Below the pieces are notes generated by a model that saw nothing but the letters and a program-made list of their open reading frames with translations, did no database searches and had not been told where the DNA came from. Below are positions 43,201-56,800 of a DNA stretch of 64,000 nt, piece by piece. The stretch is from NCBI GenBank assembly GCA_964035545.1, contig OZ037765.1, forward strand, positions 21,885,504 through 21,949,503, in the 5' to 3' direction. The translations under genes were made by a program, and so were the position numbers. This stretch comes from Bugula neritina (Eukaryota; Animalia; Bryozoa). Within the stretch, counting starts at the first letter, position 1. Each line of letters opens with the position of its first letter.

Positions 43201-45319
43201 AGCAAAGATGGTAAACTCCCCGTGGAAAGGATTTTTCCGGAAGAAGAGGTCAAAAACAGCAATATCATCTTTCTTGTTGTTCTTCCAGTAGGCATATGCC
43301 ATTGTAATTTGATAGAGATCTGTTTGTAAATATTATAACAGCGGTCAATAAAACCCATTGAAAATTGAGCAGCAACATCAAAGAAAATTTGTTTATTTGC
43401 ATTACAAGATTAAAGTGTTTGATATATTTGTTACCAAAGTAGACAAATACATCAAAGTCCAGCACAAGTTATTTAGCAACCATAACTGAGACACATGGTT
43501 GTGCTAAGTCAATTGTTAAAGCTCTCTTTTACTAAATACCAATTGCAATGACACTTTAATTTCTCCTACTAGTATTGACATTTTAGTAATTGACTTAATT
43601 CACCATCATTTTACAATTAGCCCAGCGAACTAAGACATAAAATTGATGACATATAATTGTCTTTTTTAATAGCTACTTTACCTTTTACTTAAAACTTTTT
43701 TGTTTAGACTTTTATAAACAATATGGGCTTCTTTTGCCCAGAGCAACGTAATTTGGAGGTTGACAATTGAGAATTGGATTGGAAAACGCTATGCTAAAAA
43801 GACTCTCTACTCAGTAGACCAAGACTATATGTTCGTCACATATTTACAAAAAAATCTACTTCATAGTTTAAATTCTCAAAATCGATATAGTCAAGTTAAA
43901 AAACCTGTGCTGAAAATTACTCATGACAGTAAATCTAGCACTTGGCAGTAGTTGTGAAACTGTAAAATAAAAGCAGAAAGAAAGCCAAAGACAATCAATA
44001 TTTATAATGATACACTAGGTTTGCAGTTCATGTCATTTGCAAGCTATGCTATAGCAATGCAGTATTATTTTATACATATTAGATTATACAATTCAGTTCG
44101 TTAAATGCAGACAAACAAATCTATATTACGGTTGTCAAGCTTACTAGCATACATTTTATGGAAAGAAGTAAGCAACAATTACTATTGCATCAAACATATG
44201 GAATAAATAATTGCTTAGATGGCTTCCAGCTATATAATTTATTGTATTGAAAAGGTTCATTATTGAAGCCAGTTAAGTATTCTTTATTGCATACTTCAAT
44301 TATTGATCAAACAATTAGAGTTTCATCTTATGCACAATGGAGTATCGGCCTGAGATTTAATATTCACTCAGTTTTCCAATTATTATATTCAAGTGTCAAT
44401 ACATCAAACTGTGTAATTTCTAATCAATTCTTCAACATCAAATGGCAGTTTGAAAAATCGTTTGAATAAATAGGCATGCAATAAACTTTAAATGGGTTTC
44501 ATATAAGAAACATGCCAGCTTAAATTTTTTTCTCATGGCTACAGTTTGCTACAATGATTACAGGTGTTACAGCTGAAGCCTTGAAGTTAAACTGTAATGT
44601 TGATGCTAGTTAAAATTTAACTATGATAGTTTGGCTGAATGCAATTAATAGAATCCATCAGATGATCTAAGTAACTTTAAATATTGATCTAGTATAAGAC
44701 CAAACATTAAGAGAATGTTGGCTCCACTTGAAACAAACACACCAAACTTAACCATTATTTCCAGAGAGACTATTTATTCTAACAAAGTACACTAACACAC
44801 ATAAAATCTATAGATAAAAGAATTTGGTCCTCTAAAATTTATGGTAGACATCTACATATTTACTATCTTCTAATGTCAAAATGCAGCATAGCTATGAATT
44901 TTTTGTAATAAGATAGTAAAAATAGTTACAAGAGTTTATATGTTTACTAAAAAGACTTTAAAGCTCAACATAATATTTACAAATCATTCAACCCTCCATA
45001 ATAAAACAATTTTTGATAACTAAATCTCAATGATAATTAAATTCAATTAAATTTTCGAGACAAACAGTTATATAAAAATTCACATACTCTACTAAATGTA
45101 GATAACAAATGACTTGTTTTCAAAATCTGCAATTCAATCAAAGTTTCAATTAACAAGCAAATTATATTACATAATATTGACTTAAATTAGTACAAAATTC
45201 AACTATAAAAAGTTTTTCTATGGCTGTAATTAATTAGTGTTACCTAATATTGAGAAAAATGTCTCACCTGTCAGTAATGGCTGAACAACCCCATTTTGAT
45301 AAGGAGAACGGTCAGTCAT
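38244..45319 (-). CDS. NAPRT: Nicotinate phosphoribosyltransferase, 12 exons, 543 aa
   Basis: Exons 45268-45319, 43149-43319, 42613-42820, 42259-42389, 41868-41986, 41425-41512, 41028-41136, 40602-40742, 40249-40414, 39625-39813, 38670-38849 and 38244-38321 (1632 nt). Motifs [72 protein letters not shown]. Confidence 0.97.
39390..39582. repeat. AT-rich (TA)n/(TAAA)n compound microsatellite
   Basis: Directly visible in a NAPRT intron. Confidence 0.85.
40140..40246. repeat. (AT)n microsatellite abutting a NAPRT splice donor
   Basis: More than 40 AT units, then TATAA variants up to the donor at 40248. Confidence 0.95.
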
Positions 45320-46155
45320 TCTCAAGCTTGACTATTAAATAAAAGGCAAAATAGATTAGCTGACATTGAGTGGGACATTGTCTTCTCAACATTGAGCATT
45401 TCATTGAAATGCCAAATGTTTTAGCTAGGACATGAAACTAATGCAGACATGAACAGAACTACAAAATCACACAGCCAGTAAGATAAGCAACTAATTGATT
45501 GTTAAAAAAGTTATGTCATGTGAATAACCACTATGAGTAATATGACATCTTCCTATTTCTTTCAGAATAAAAACTGCCATATTCAATGGTCAAAAAATAT
45601 ACCTTGTATTGGAGACGTAGTGGGAAAATATAAAAAATTATGATTTTACTCTAAATAATAAAATACATTTAATACCACACTTTCTCTATCCTAGAACCTT
45701 TTTTCTAATGCAAATATCTTTAGGATATAATGAAAGTAGATTGATTAAGCTATTGTAAAGTCGTAGCTTATATAACTAGAAGACCTTTACTTTTACTTTT
45801 AGGCTCTAGTTTAGAGTGAGACTACTAGTAAAATTAATATAATAATAATCAGATAGCGATAGTGATTACTGACTGACTAAAAATAAAAAACAAATGCTCA
45901 TGACGATGCTAATGGCTAATATTAGTAGTAATGGGGAATGGCCAATGCTCATCATCATGAGTACAAAATCAAAATAATAATCATAATGACAAAATTAGTC
46001 TTACTTTTACAACTACACTTACAGGTTCATTACATTAACTTAATGTAACGATTAAGTTTAACCGGTTAACGTTACACAAGCCATCACTGATCTGCGATCA
46101 CTAAGTCCAATCACAGGATCATTATCATTCTAATTCAGTTTCACCTACAACTACA

Positions 46156-46420
46156 AGTAGTAGTACTACTACTAGTACTAGTAGTAGTACTGTCTAGTAC
46201 TCAGTACAACACGGACACGAAACTACAAGACACGAATACAAGTAATACTAATACTAATAGTAATAGTAATACTAATACAGTAATAGTAATACTAAATCTA
46301 ATACTAATAGTAGTACTAATACTAATAGTAATAGTAATAGTTATAGTATTACTATTACTATTACTATTACTATTAGTATAAGTATTAGTATTACTATTAG
46401 TATTACATTTACTAGTAGTA
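46156..46420. repeat. Fold-back tract of (AATACT/AATAGT)n then (ATTACT/ATTAGT)n upstream of the NAPRT ATG
   Basis: Hexamer orientation flips at about 46343; short palindromes such as AGTAGTAGTACTACTACT at the left end. Confidence 0.85.
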
Positions 46421-47851
46421 TAACAATTGTCATTGTATTAGTATGCAACAAGCTAAAGGGCACACAAGCTAAGATTGTTTATTGCACTTATATCTTGTAC
46501 TTGCAGAAACATGGAAACAAGTTGTAGCAGTGAGTGCAAAATAGTAATACTGACGCTTAAACTTTTAGTGCTTAGCCTTATGTATGTAAAGTGTAATCCA
46601 TCGCCACATTGGAAATCTAGGGGATTTTCCTAAATTATAGTCCGGCTATATGAGAATTACTACGCAAACTTGAATTCATGTATAATAAATTACCATTTGA
46701 AGCCTGCGTGATCAAGCAACGAATAAAACATTTTTTAGAACAGATAACTCTGTAGAACATTCTGTAACGATTATTTTGTCCTCGGATTTCTGACTCCCAT
46801 TTCTATGGTCAAATATGTGGTGCTAATGTATACTTCTAAAGGAATAAACCATGTAAAGCTGGGCCAGTTTTAGAAAAATTTAGCATGTTCAACTGTAAAA
46901 TGCATGCTTTTAAAAATGTTTGTGCAATCTTTGCTAGGTATATTATTATATGATTTATATCATTGTTATTGTTTGAAAATGTTATATACTAGCATGGGAG
47001 CATGTCATGACTGGTAGAGCTATTTATTTTGACTATCATACTTCTGCATAGGCTTTAGTTGAATATTGGGTTTTAATCAATTTATTTCTGAATGGAAAAC
47101 GCAGTTAACAATCACTTAGTTGTCAATAACCAAACCAACTATTAATATATTTCAACATGGTCAGGCAGATACAGGCATAGTAATGATAGAATATTTCACA
47201 GACAACTGTGGTAGCACATGTAGTTAGATTGTACTAGTTGGTACATAAGAATTCTTAAAAGCTTTTGTTATTCAAGCCTGAAATGACAAATAAATAGCAA
47301 TAGCAAAACTTATTTGATTGAAAAATTTGCCAATATCTGTGAAATGTTTATCACAATAATGTGCTTTCAGTCAAGTGTTCATGTAATTTTTTTAGACATA
47401 ACACAAGGTTGCAGAAACTATGCTGAGTCAGCAAATATTTTGATGAATACGAAACTAGTGACACAGAAAAAGCTGACTGAAATAAAGTAAATTTAATTTT
47501 AAGCTTTAAGCGTGACTAGTGCAAATCTTCAGAAATTATGAATATAATATATCTAATAAGTATAATTTTGACCCAACTAAATTGATTGTATTTCGTGCAA
47601 ATGAAAAAATTACAATATCGACATTATTCAAGTTTAAACCCCGCAAGACATATGGGTGAATATAATGAAATGTATAGCTTTAAACCGTAGATGGACATGC
47701 ATATAGTTAAAATAAGTAACATAAAAAGTTAAGAACTTGATTACAGCGAAACTACAATAATTAAAATTAAAACACAGAAAAAGAAACAGCATGCTCATGT
47801 AGAGATGTAAATAAGTAAAATTCCAAATATTCAAAATAATTTCATGTACTT

Positions 47852-50800
47852 TTAAGAGTTGGTAGATCCTATTTCATCGTGAGTACTGCCACTGCAAGTA
47901 AACACAGCAAAATTTATTAAATTAATACAGCATATCATAAAAATGGTCGAGACACTCAATTTTTGGTAAATAAAACTATCCTTATACAGCTTATGCAAAT
48001 ATCAGTTAGAACTAATACAATAAGACACGCTAATTTTGCTTTAAATTCAAACAAAATGAGGCTGTTTAGTATAATATGTTTATTATGGCCTAATCATTAG
48101 AAATAATTGTTGATTTTATCCTAAAAGGAAATGAAGAGTTAAAATTCAAAAACTAATTGTACGTGTGTCCAATATCTGACAAACACTAGTTGTACTGTAT
48201 CACAATAGTGAGGTTGAAGCAGTTCATAAACTGATGAGCAATAAATAAAATAGACAATTTCAAACAAACCTGAAAGACTCAGAATTGACTATTTGAGTGG
48301 CAGAAGCAGCGGGTGACTGTGAACTTTGACCTGGAGACTGGATGCTGACAGTGAGGGCAGCTGTGGTTGGCTCAGGAGTAGCTACAGCCGAGATTAACTG
48401 CGCACCATTGCTATTTATCTCTAAATTTATCTGCACTTCATTGCCAGTTGGAACAGATCTTGTTTCTTGAAAAGACAATAGCTGAACTTAAATAAGAATA
48501 TGTTAAAGAAATTAGCATCAAAAGTTACAGGCCCAGATGTTCCTCATACAAAAATTTAAAAATATAATTGACATCATTTATACTACTGTGATTTTTGAGA
48601 AAAACATTTCATTTTATTTCGACAAACTGCATCAAGATAAAAGCAAATCATTTTTTCTAGACTGTTAATGGCTAATATAAAAATATATATATACATTCAC
48701 ACATATTTATACAACAGATTACAGTAGTTTTACCTAGACTTCTTGAGACTGTATGACTAGAGGGACTAGGAGAAGCTTCCTGATTGCTGGAATGAGTCAT
48801 CTCAGAAGACGGCCCCTCCTCTGACCATTGGCTGAGAAGGGCCGAGTTGGCAGCGGCCACAGCAGCAGCCATATTGTTTACTTGAGACTGAATGGATTCA
48901 AATTCCTCAAGTATCTGAGATCTATGCCTGCGACTAGAAGGGTAAGTATGTCTAGGAGTTCTACTGCTCTGATGCTTAGCTTTCTTTTTCTTTTCTGCAA
49001 ATAACAATAACCTATGTCAATTCAAAAGAGTATACCATTATATTGCACTATTTTCAATAATTGTGTGTAAACTAGTAATTTAACCAAAAGTAAATTTACT
49101 TTTTAAGCAAAGTTACATACTGGCAACTTTAAAAGTCCTCTCCCTCTCTTCTGAGCCAAAATGCGAGTCTAGCAGTTGTACGAGCACTCGTTTATCTCTA
49201 TTAGAAGCCCCACCAACAGCACCTCCAGTTGCAGCTCCCGCCTCGCTGGCAGAATAGAACTCTCTCTCTATGGAATCTGTGGAGAGTGAGAGGTCAGCAC
49301 CTGCTGTCAGAGATCGCCAAGAGGGTGACGATGCGACATCTGCATCAGAGGAACCTGTAAACAAATTATTATTTATTCTTATTGATTATGCACAAATTAA
49401 ACGCAGCTTAGGAAGGAAATCCTAATCACATTGAAGGTAGTGAAGCAGCTACTGGCAAGATACGGATGTCACGGTGGACTCCATGTTGTAATTTAATCAT
49501 ATGAAAAAAACCTTAGTTGTTAGCCAACACTGCTTAGAACTGCATGTTCAAATAAATCTTCTCCCATAGCTTTTTCTATATTTTGAATTGGAACCTAAAG
49601 CTAACTAGAGCTTTTGTAGATTGCATTAGTATTAAACATTCTAGGAATCCATGTTATTTTGAAATAATCAATTACTTTTAAGTAAAAGAACATGTTTTGT
49701 TAGTTGCATCTGAAAGATTTGTAAAAAAAAATTCTAAGCCTAATACACCAAAAAAGTTAATTGAAGTATATATGTTAATAGTACCGATAATGACGTGCGG
49801 CGGCTGAGAGAAGAAAAATTTAAGTCGGAGTTACCCCTCATTTCTCTATACCAATATATAGAGATCTGCGAGAAGATAAAGATTTTTTTAAAATAATATT
49901 GTGGCTCTCTAGTAACTTTCTGGGCTTAGAAAATTAGATCACATATTTTCTTCAATGTGAACAACAACTCAATTTTTTTTTTAATTTATTTTGAAGCTCT
50001 TTTCTTAAAAAATAATCAAAAGTAAAAAATTCAAAATATTTCCTAATTGGTTCGGGGCTTGACGCTAAATACACTTGGATGAAAATGTCAAGGTCAGTAT
50101 TATTTATTTTATCACAATACATCGTATAATAATGTTCTAGAACTAAAAGTAACTGAAGTGACCCGAAGCAATCAAAATTGCAATAAAAGAAAATGTTGCA
50201 AGCATATTGATCGTAAGTTATTGAGTTAAATTTTGTTTAAATTTATATCGCTTTCAGTTGAACTAATATCTAATTAGTTACAATAAGTATAACTTAAACA
50301 GTTGAACTAAAACAATAACTACAACTATAACTATAAGTATAAGTATAACATTTAGTTTTACATTATGATTTAGATTATGATTATCAATATGAATATCTTT
50401 ATTCTTTATGATTAACATAGCTATATTATACTATTACTCTTAGACATAGAGTCATACTGTTGGTGATGCTAATAGTAATACTTTGTAGACTTAGAGTTCT
50501 AAGTAAAGCATTTATTATATTTATAATCATAATGATAATGATATTTGATAATCATATGTTTATGTTAGTTATACTTACAGTTAAGTTATGCTTATACAGT
50601 TATAGTTATACTCATAGTTATACTTATAGTATGAAATTCAATCAGATGTAATAATTTTAAACTTGACTGCTGGCCTTAAAAATTGAAATTAAATATGAAT
50701 AATTATAAAATAATTTCATTATAATTATAATTTATACTAACCATTATATTTATAACAAATTTTTAACTTGAGATATAGTGCTATCATACTCATAGTATAT

Positions 50801-53800
50801 ATTGAAAGGTAATTATAGTTACTAACTAAGTTAGAGTTAAATTCATCTAAGTGACCCTTATTTTAGTCATTCCTCAGAATAACTAACTTGTACCTACTGC
50901 TAAAATTTAGCAGCTCATTATCATTATGATTATTAGTTTTGAATGATGTTTAATAAGTTCAATTTTTGCATGTAAAACTAAAAGTTTTTCATAAATATGG
51001 CTGGTAGACTTCGTAACCTTTGGCAGTAATAACATTGTAGCATAAATTAAACACATTTTGATAAGAATACATAATTACTAATAATACTAATAATTCTAAA
51101 AGGTGTGATAATATTGCTTTTATCATTGCTTGTGAAGCATCTTTTTAATTATTTTCCAAAGGAATTTTTATGCTGCATATCATGTGCTGAATAGATTACA
51201 ACTACAACATATCATGTTGCTGTACCTTCTATGTTGCAGCTCAGCTTACACTCCCTGCCACAAATGTTCTTACACCAGCAGGACCACAGAATGATGGAGC
51301 TGTATTTATATAAATTTCTTTTGTTAGCAGTAGCGGTATCATGAAAAAATGGCAAGTGTTTTATTCAATGAAAGTATGTTTTTTTTCAATTTTATAAAAT
51401 ATTCTATAGCCTACTCTATTGTTTTATTTAAATAAAGGACTGGTCTGAAATGTCTTAGCAATTGGTTAGTTAATATAGTAATTATTATACAGACCTATAG
51501 GTTAAAAGGTCACAAAAATAATTAGATAAAACATCAATCGCACAAAGCAGGTTAATTTTGCCTTATATCAACTAATTTCACATTATTATTGTTTGCTAGC
51601 TGTCACATATTTACTTAATATGTTTGTTCAATTTAGTGTTTAGAAGTAGAAGGTTCAAACAGCAGAGAAAAACTATCTCAACACTATATGTTCTACATCT
51701 CCAACTCATTTTAGTATTGATGATCAGTTTATTGCTATCTGAAACATAGTTTTATTTTGTTTTCAGTCAATTAGATAATTTTGTACATAGTTAAGATTAA
51801 AATGCTTGTGCAATGATTGTCTATAATGCTAAACTGATTTATTGAAACTAAAACTATTTTTAAAATTACAAAAAAACTTGACAAGCTTTTCATAAAAAAT
51901 AATGTCCTATAATCGATCTTCATTGTAAACAAACTTAAAAAATTTCCAATCAGCTAATTGTTCATGATCATCTGTAGGTGGAAGTAGCTTGCACCCAGTT
52001 ATACAGGCAAGCTGGCAGCTGTTTTCTTTGCCCTCTATGAAGAGTTGAGAACAGCCAGAAAACTAATGCTCTATAACTGCAAAACCTTCTTGTATTGCCT
52101 TGTGTTATCGAATGAATCATCTGTAACAAAAACAATTATTAATTTATTTTACATTGAATGTATTAGCAAAATTACTCATCTTGGTAAATATACTCAAAAA
52201 TACTATATCGTAACTCATGTTTGGCTATGTTTATGCTCTTTATGCAAACTTACAGCAGAAATCAAACTATATATTAAAGGTTGATATACGAATAAGTGTA
52301 AGAATTAAATGTAAGCTAACCTTGGTAGCATATACAACTGTTGAATGTGGCGTCAGTTCAAATACACCAGGGTGATAAGTTATTAGAATCAAGCTTTGTA
52401 AGTGCCTCTTCACAGCTCTGGCAGCAACCGGACTGCTCCTTAGCTCCTCACACCATTCTACTGGTGGAATGCTAGCCTAAAATACATAACCTTAACCAGT
52501 AAGCCAAAGAAAGATCTATTTCACTGCACTAGAATATTATTCAACTCATTATAAATTAACATACCATTACATAAATCACATAATTGTATTTATTTTTTTC
52601 AGCTTTACTTTACAAAGTTGAACCACATGTTTAGTAACGTGTTGTTGTAATGATAATTGTATAACCTATAAATTAAAAACTTTATTTGATTGCTTAATTT
52701 TATGAATAGAATATACATCAACTTGATACTTTAATAAGTCAGTTCACAATGAAACTAATAAACAAGTATTAGAAATAATATTTTTGTTATGTAATCCAGC
52801 ACAAAACTACAGTATTTTGGTTGTTTAGTTCAAAGTTTATCAAGCAATGAATGCGCTGCCATGACCAATTAATGTACTATTATTGCATTTACATGTTCTG
52901 CTCACAGTGTGTTGGTAAGTTGAAATCTTTGTTAATTTTAGCTACTTTTGTACAGTAAATTATAAATATCATCATGGTATCAATTAGATATAGTCTGAGC
53001 ATCAGCATGGCTATGCAATTAACTGGCTTTATAGCAAATTATTGCAACTGATACAAAATATTTGGCTAGTTTTTTAGATAATTTAATGACCATATCAACT
53101 TAAATTTGAAACACTACCAGAACAAAATAATAAATATCACTAGTAGACGTAGTACTGCTAGTCTAAGTAATACTATTGATATTAGCTATTACTATTACTA
53201 TTAGTATAAATATTAGTATCGAATATATAGTTCGTAGAAACTAGGATTAATACTAATTATAATAGTAATACTAATACAAGTTCATACTATTAATAATACT
53301 TATACTAATAGTAATAGTTACAATTTGAATTACAATTATTAATATTAGTAGTATCTGTATTATTATTACTATTACTCATAATTGATAATAATACTTATAC
53401 TATAGACTATAGTCAGTTACTAGAGTTTTTTACTACTACTAGTAATAGTATCAGTATTAGTTCAACAATCTGAATCTACGTTTACTAGTACTTGTACTAG
53501 TACTAATAGTAATACTAATAGTAATAGTAATACTCATATTCACTCATAGTCATACTGGTATACTTATAGTTATAGCCTATAGCCATAGTGATAGGGACTA
53601 GTCAATGTCATAATAATAATAATAATATTATTATTAATCATAATCATAATGATTAGATTTAGTGGTATTAAATTTAACCCTTACGCGATCAATGGACCAT
53701 ATATGTCCCTGAAAGCGACACTATCCACAGATCAATGGACCATATATGGTCTTTTAGGTAAACAAACAATAGCGCTTACTTTAAACTTCCAGTTTTCAAC

Positions 53801-56800
53801 CGAAAAGCCTAAAAATGTTTTGTAATTGAGGTTGATAGGGCAGCTTAGTAACTATGGAATAATTAGAGCCATTAAATTTGATTAAATTAATAGCTACCAA
53901 GCCAGCTAGTTGCTTTTCAATTTAATCCTAAAATTTCAAAATTGTCGGTAAATTTTAACGCTACTTTCAAATGCATGAAACTGCTGTCAAATTATAGAGA
54001 GCCAGTTTATTTTATTCAGATTACATTTAGAAGATTATCTAAATAAACAGAAATGTTAAATTCACTATATTTTGAATCATATTATAAATTAATTTTATCA
54101 TTTTGATTTTTCAATTTTAAAATAGCGGTTTTGAGAGGTCAAATTAAAATGACTGATTTTAGCTAGAATTGAGGTCTCCTGTCACTTTAAGAAGCTTTTT
54201 ATAAAAGAAAATACTCTTAAAATTATAATACCCAGTTTATTTAAGGCCAAAATCAAGTGTAACTTTTTAATATTGAAATTGAAAGTTATGCAAAATTTGT
54301 TAGCAAATTTCGCGATAAACTCAAACGAGGCTTGAAATTACGTAACTTCAAAGTTGATCGCCAAAGGGTTAATTCAGTTTCACCTGCGGCTTCAGTCATT
54401 GGTGATGGGGTTTCAAATTTTAAAACTAGGATTCACCGTTACAACCAATAACCTGTAGTGTGGTCGACATGGTAATGTATTATAAATTAAAATATTGAAG
54501 ACTAATTATTTTTGCAGAGGATCGATATCTACTGGCAATTTGCAGAAGGTAGAAACCAGCGAAATGGAATAGTTCATTTGAAATTAGCTAAGTTGATTAT
54601 CATTTGCAGTGTTCAATAATTAACGTTGGTAATTAGTAGCACCCGAAGAGCAACATTTATATGATTTGAGCTACGAATAACACGAATCTGGGACAAACCC
54701 GCTACTCAACAACTTTATGCGCTATAAACTCACGCTACAAAAGAGCTTTCTCAGCTGCCGCACGTCACCAAGCTGCGCTAGCGGGCAAGTCTGGGCATGT
54801 CTAAAGTTGCTAAATTACCAACATTCAGAAGCATTTTTTTAGTGTTCTTGAATAATAAATTGTATAAAAAGCTAAGAGATTAGTTGAAATATGTGTTTTT
54901 AACTTATTCAATGCAATAAATAGCTTGGATTCCTATCTCCTTTAAGCATTAGGCATGCTCTATATTTATTAAAAACACTATATAACGTATCTAAGAAGCG
55001 GCATTAAAGCTGAGAAATAGCCAAAGTTACGCTAAAAATAGATAATCAATCTGTCTTACGAAATGAGATATGAAACATATGCCAAGTAATAGCTGGCATA
55101 TCGACAATCAAAATTAGAATAGTTTTTAAAGCAGGAGTGTGTACCTGAAGCATTTGAGATATTGTCCAAAGACCATGGCATTAGATTACCCTCTGAATTG
55201 TCATTACCATGAACAGTAGTAAGACTCCAGCTGTCGCGGGTATCAGAATGAGTAGAGTTAGTGTTAGAGTGAGTGAGAGGTTGAGTAGCCAGTGACTCGC
55301 TTATGATGTCATGATACTCTGTATCAAACTGGTCGTCCCCCTCGTCACTTCCAACAGTGTATTGCTCTTCACTCCCAACAGTGTATTGCTCTTCACTTCC
55401 AACAGTGTATTCAATGTCCCCCACATCATTATCTCCCGCCATAGTCTCAGTGTCCACGTCATTCTCCACAAAGGATGTTTGGTGCCCTTCGCCTTCCGAA
55501 TCTGTATCAGTCTCCTGACTTATGGAGACGTAATGATGGAACTCGCTCTAAAGTTCATAACAGCAGAACCGTATAATGCCAATGCCAATGTCAATCAACA
55601 AGCAGAAATAAAGAAAAAATATTATTTAATATCATACTACAAAAATATTGTGTAAAAATGTATTATTGCTAGACGTTTGCAACTTAGACATAGGAATGGC
55701 TAAAGGAAAAAGGTTTGATATATATTTAGAGATACCAAATTATCATGAGTGTGAGTGTTAGTTAGATCAGAGCGAGTTGATGCATTCACTTCAGACTCCG
55801 AACTGAATGTTGATTCGTTGTCGTCATCAATAGCGATTATCTCAAGTTCCTCTTCGTCATCACTAATGGGAACTTGGTTAAACACTTCGTCTATGTCTAT
55901 GTCTCTCATACCCATGCGACTCTGAAGGAAGTAACAAGTGATTAGTAAAATACTTCATTTTGCTTTCGTTAAATTTAATTTAATTTTAACTAATCATGTG
56001 AAACATATATAAAAACATTATATCACATGAATAATATACATATAATATTTAAATTTTAGCAAAAAATCCTGATGGTAAAAATAACTGAAAACTTTATCAA
56101 AAGCACAAACTTCACATAATCTTCGCCAAACCTTTGAATTACGACTGGCTATGAAGTGATTTGGATGAGGAGCAAGTGCCTGAGGCAATGTTCCAGGTTT
56201 TGGCACAGTAGGGGGATGAGGGTGATGGTAGAGATGGTTTGAACTAGGTGACCAAGTCGTCTCCAGCCCTTCACCAGAGCCACCTATACAAATATATTTC
56301 ATATAAAACACCTATAGTAAACTAGTATCACGCAACCACCCAGCTCTACTTGAATTAGACATTAAAAATCGTACAAAATACAATACCATTGGCCAAAGCT
56401 CTTACAAAATAAAATGTATGAAATAAAAATCAAATCCTTACACACACATGCAAAAGATCGATAAATATTGCATATAAATGAGATGTGAATTAAAAACAAA
56501 TTAATTAAATATTTTCTTGAGAAAACAGCGGATGTTCAAATGGCTTTTCCATTTCCAGTTTGATACAAATGAAAACTTTATAAATATTTGAGTGTTAACT
56601 AGTATACAGGACTGTATACGGATATTGATGTTTTGACCAACTTTTAAAGCATTCACATACAAATTTGTAAAAACTCTTCGCCACTATGGATATATGTATG
56701 AAGTACCCCATTCACTCAACACTTACCAGCTGTTTCATGTTTAGCAGACGCCAGAGGCTTGTTTTTCATGAACCCTTGGAACGAAGCTATTTTCTGTCTG

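Larger units (their letters stand above)
49636..54941. mobile_element. Decayed Kolobok-type DNA transposon (about 5.3 kb) in TRIM37 intron 15
   Basis: TTAA on both flanks (49632-49635, 54942-54945). Imperfect TIR ACATTCTAGGAATCCATGTTATTT versus AGGAGATAGGAATCCAAGCTATTT (17/24, same spacing from TTAA). Subterminal inverted motif TGACGTGCGG(C/C)(G/A)GCTGAGA at 49791-49809 and 54749-54767 (18/19). Internal KolX-like gene. Confidence 0.7.

Noticed and set aside
46131-54385. Identical 16-mer TAATTCAGTTTCACCT at 46131 and 54370 (also 18-mer TTGGTGGTGCATGCAATT at 502 and 16304)
   Set aside because: Matches do not extend, and matches this short can occur by chance in 64 kb of AT-rich DNA.
56385-56692. 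MITE with degenerate terminal inverted repeats in a TRIM37 intron
   Set aside because: Similarity between the ends is weak and gapped, and no TSD could be identified.
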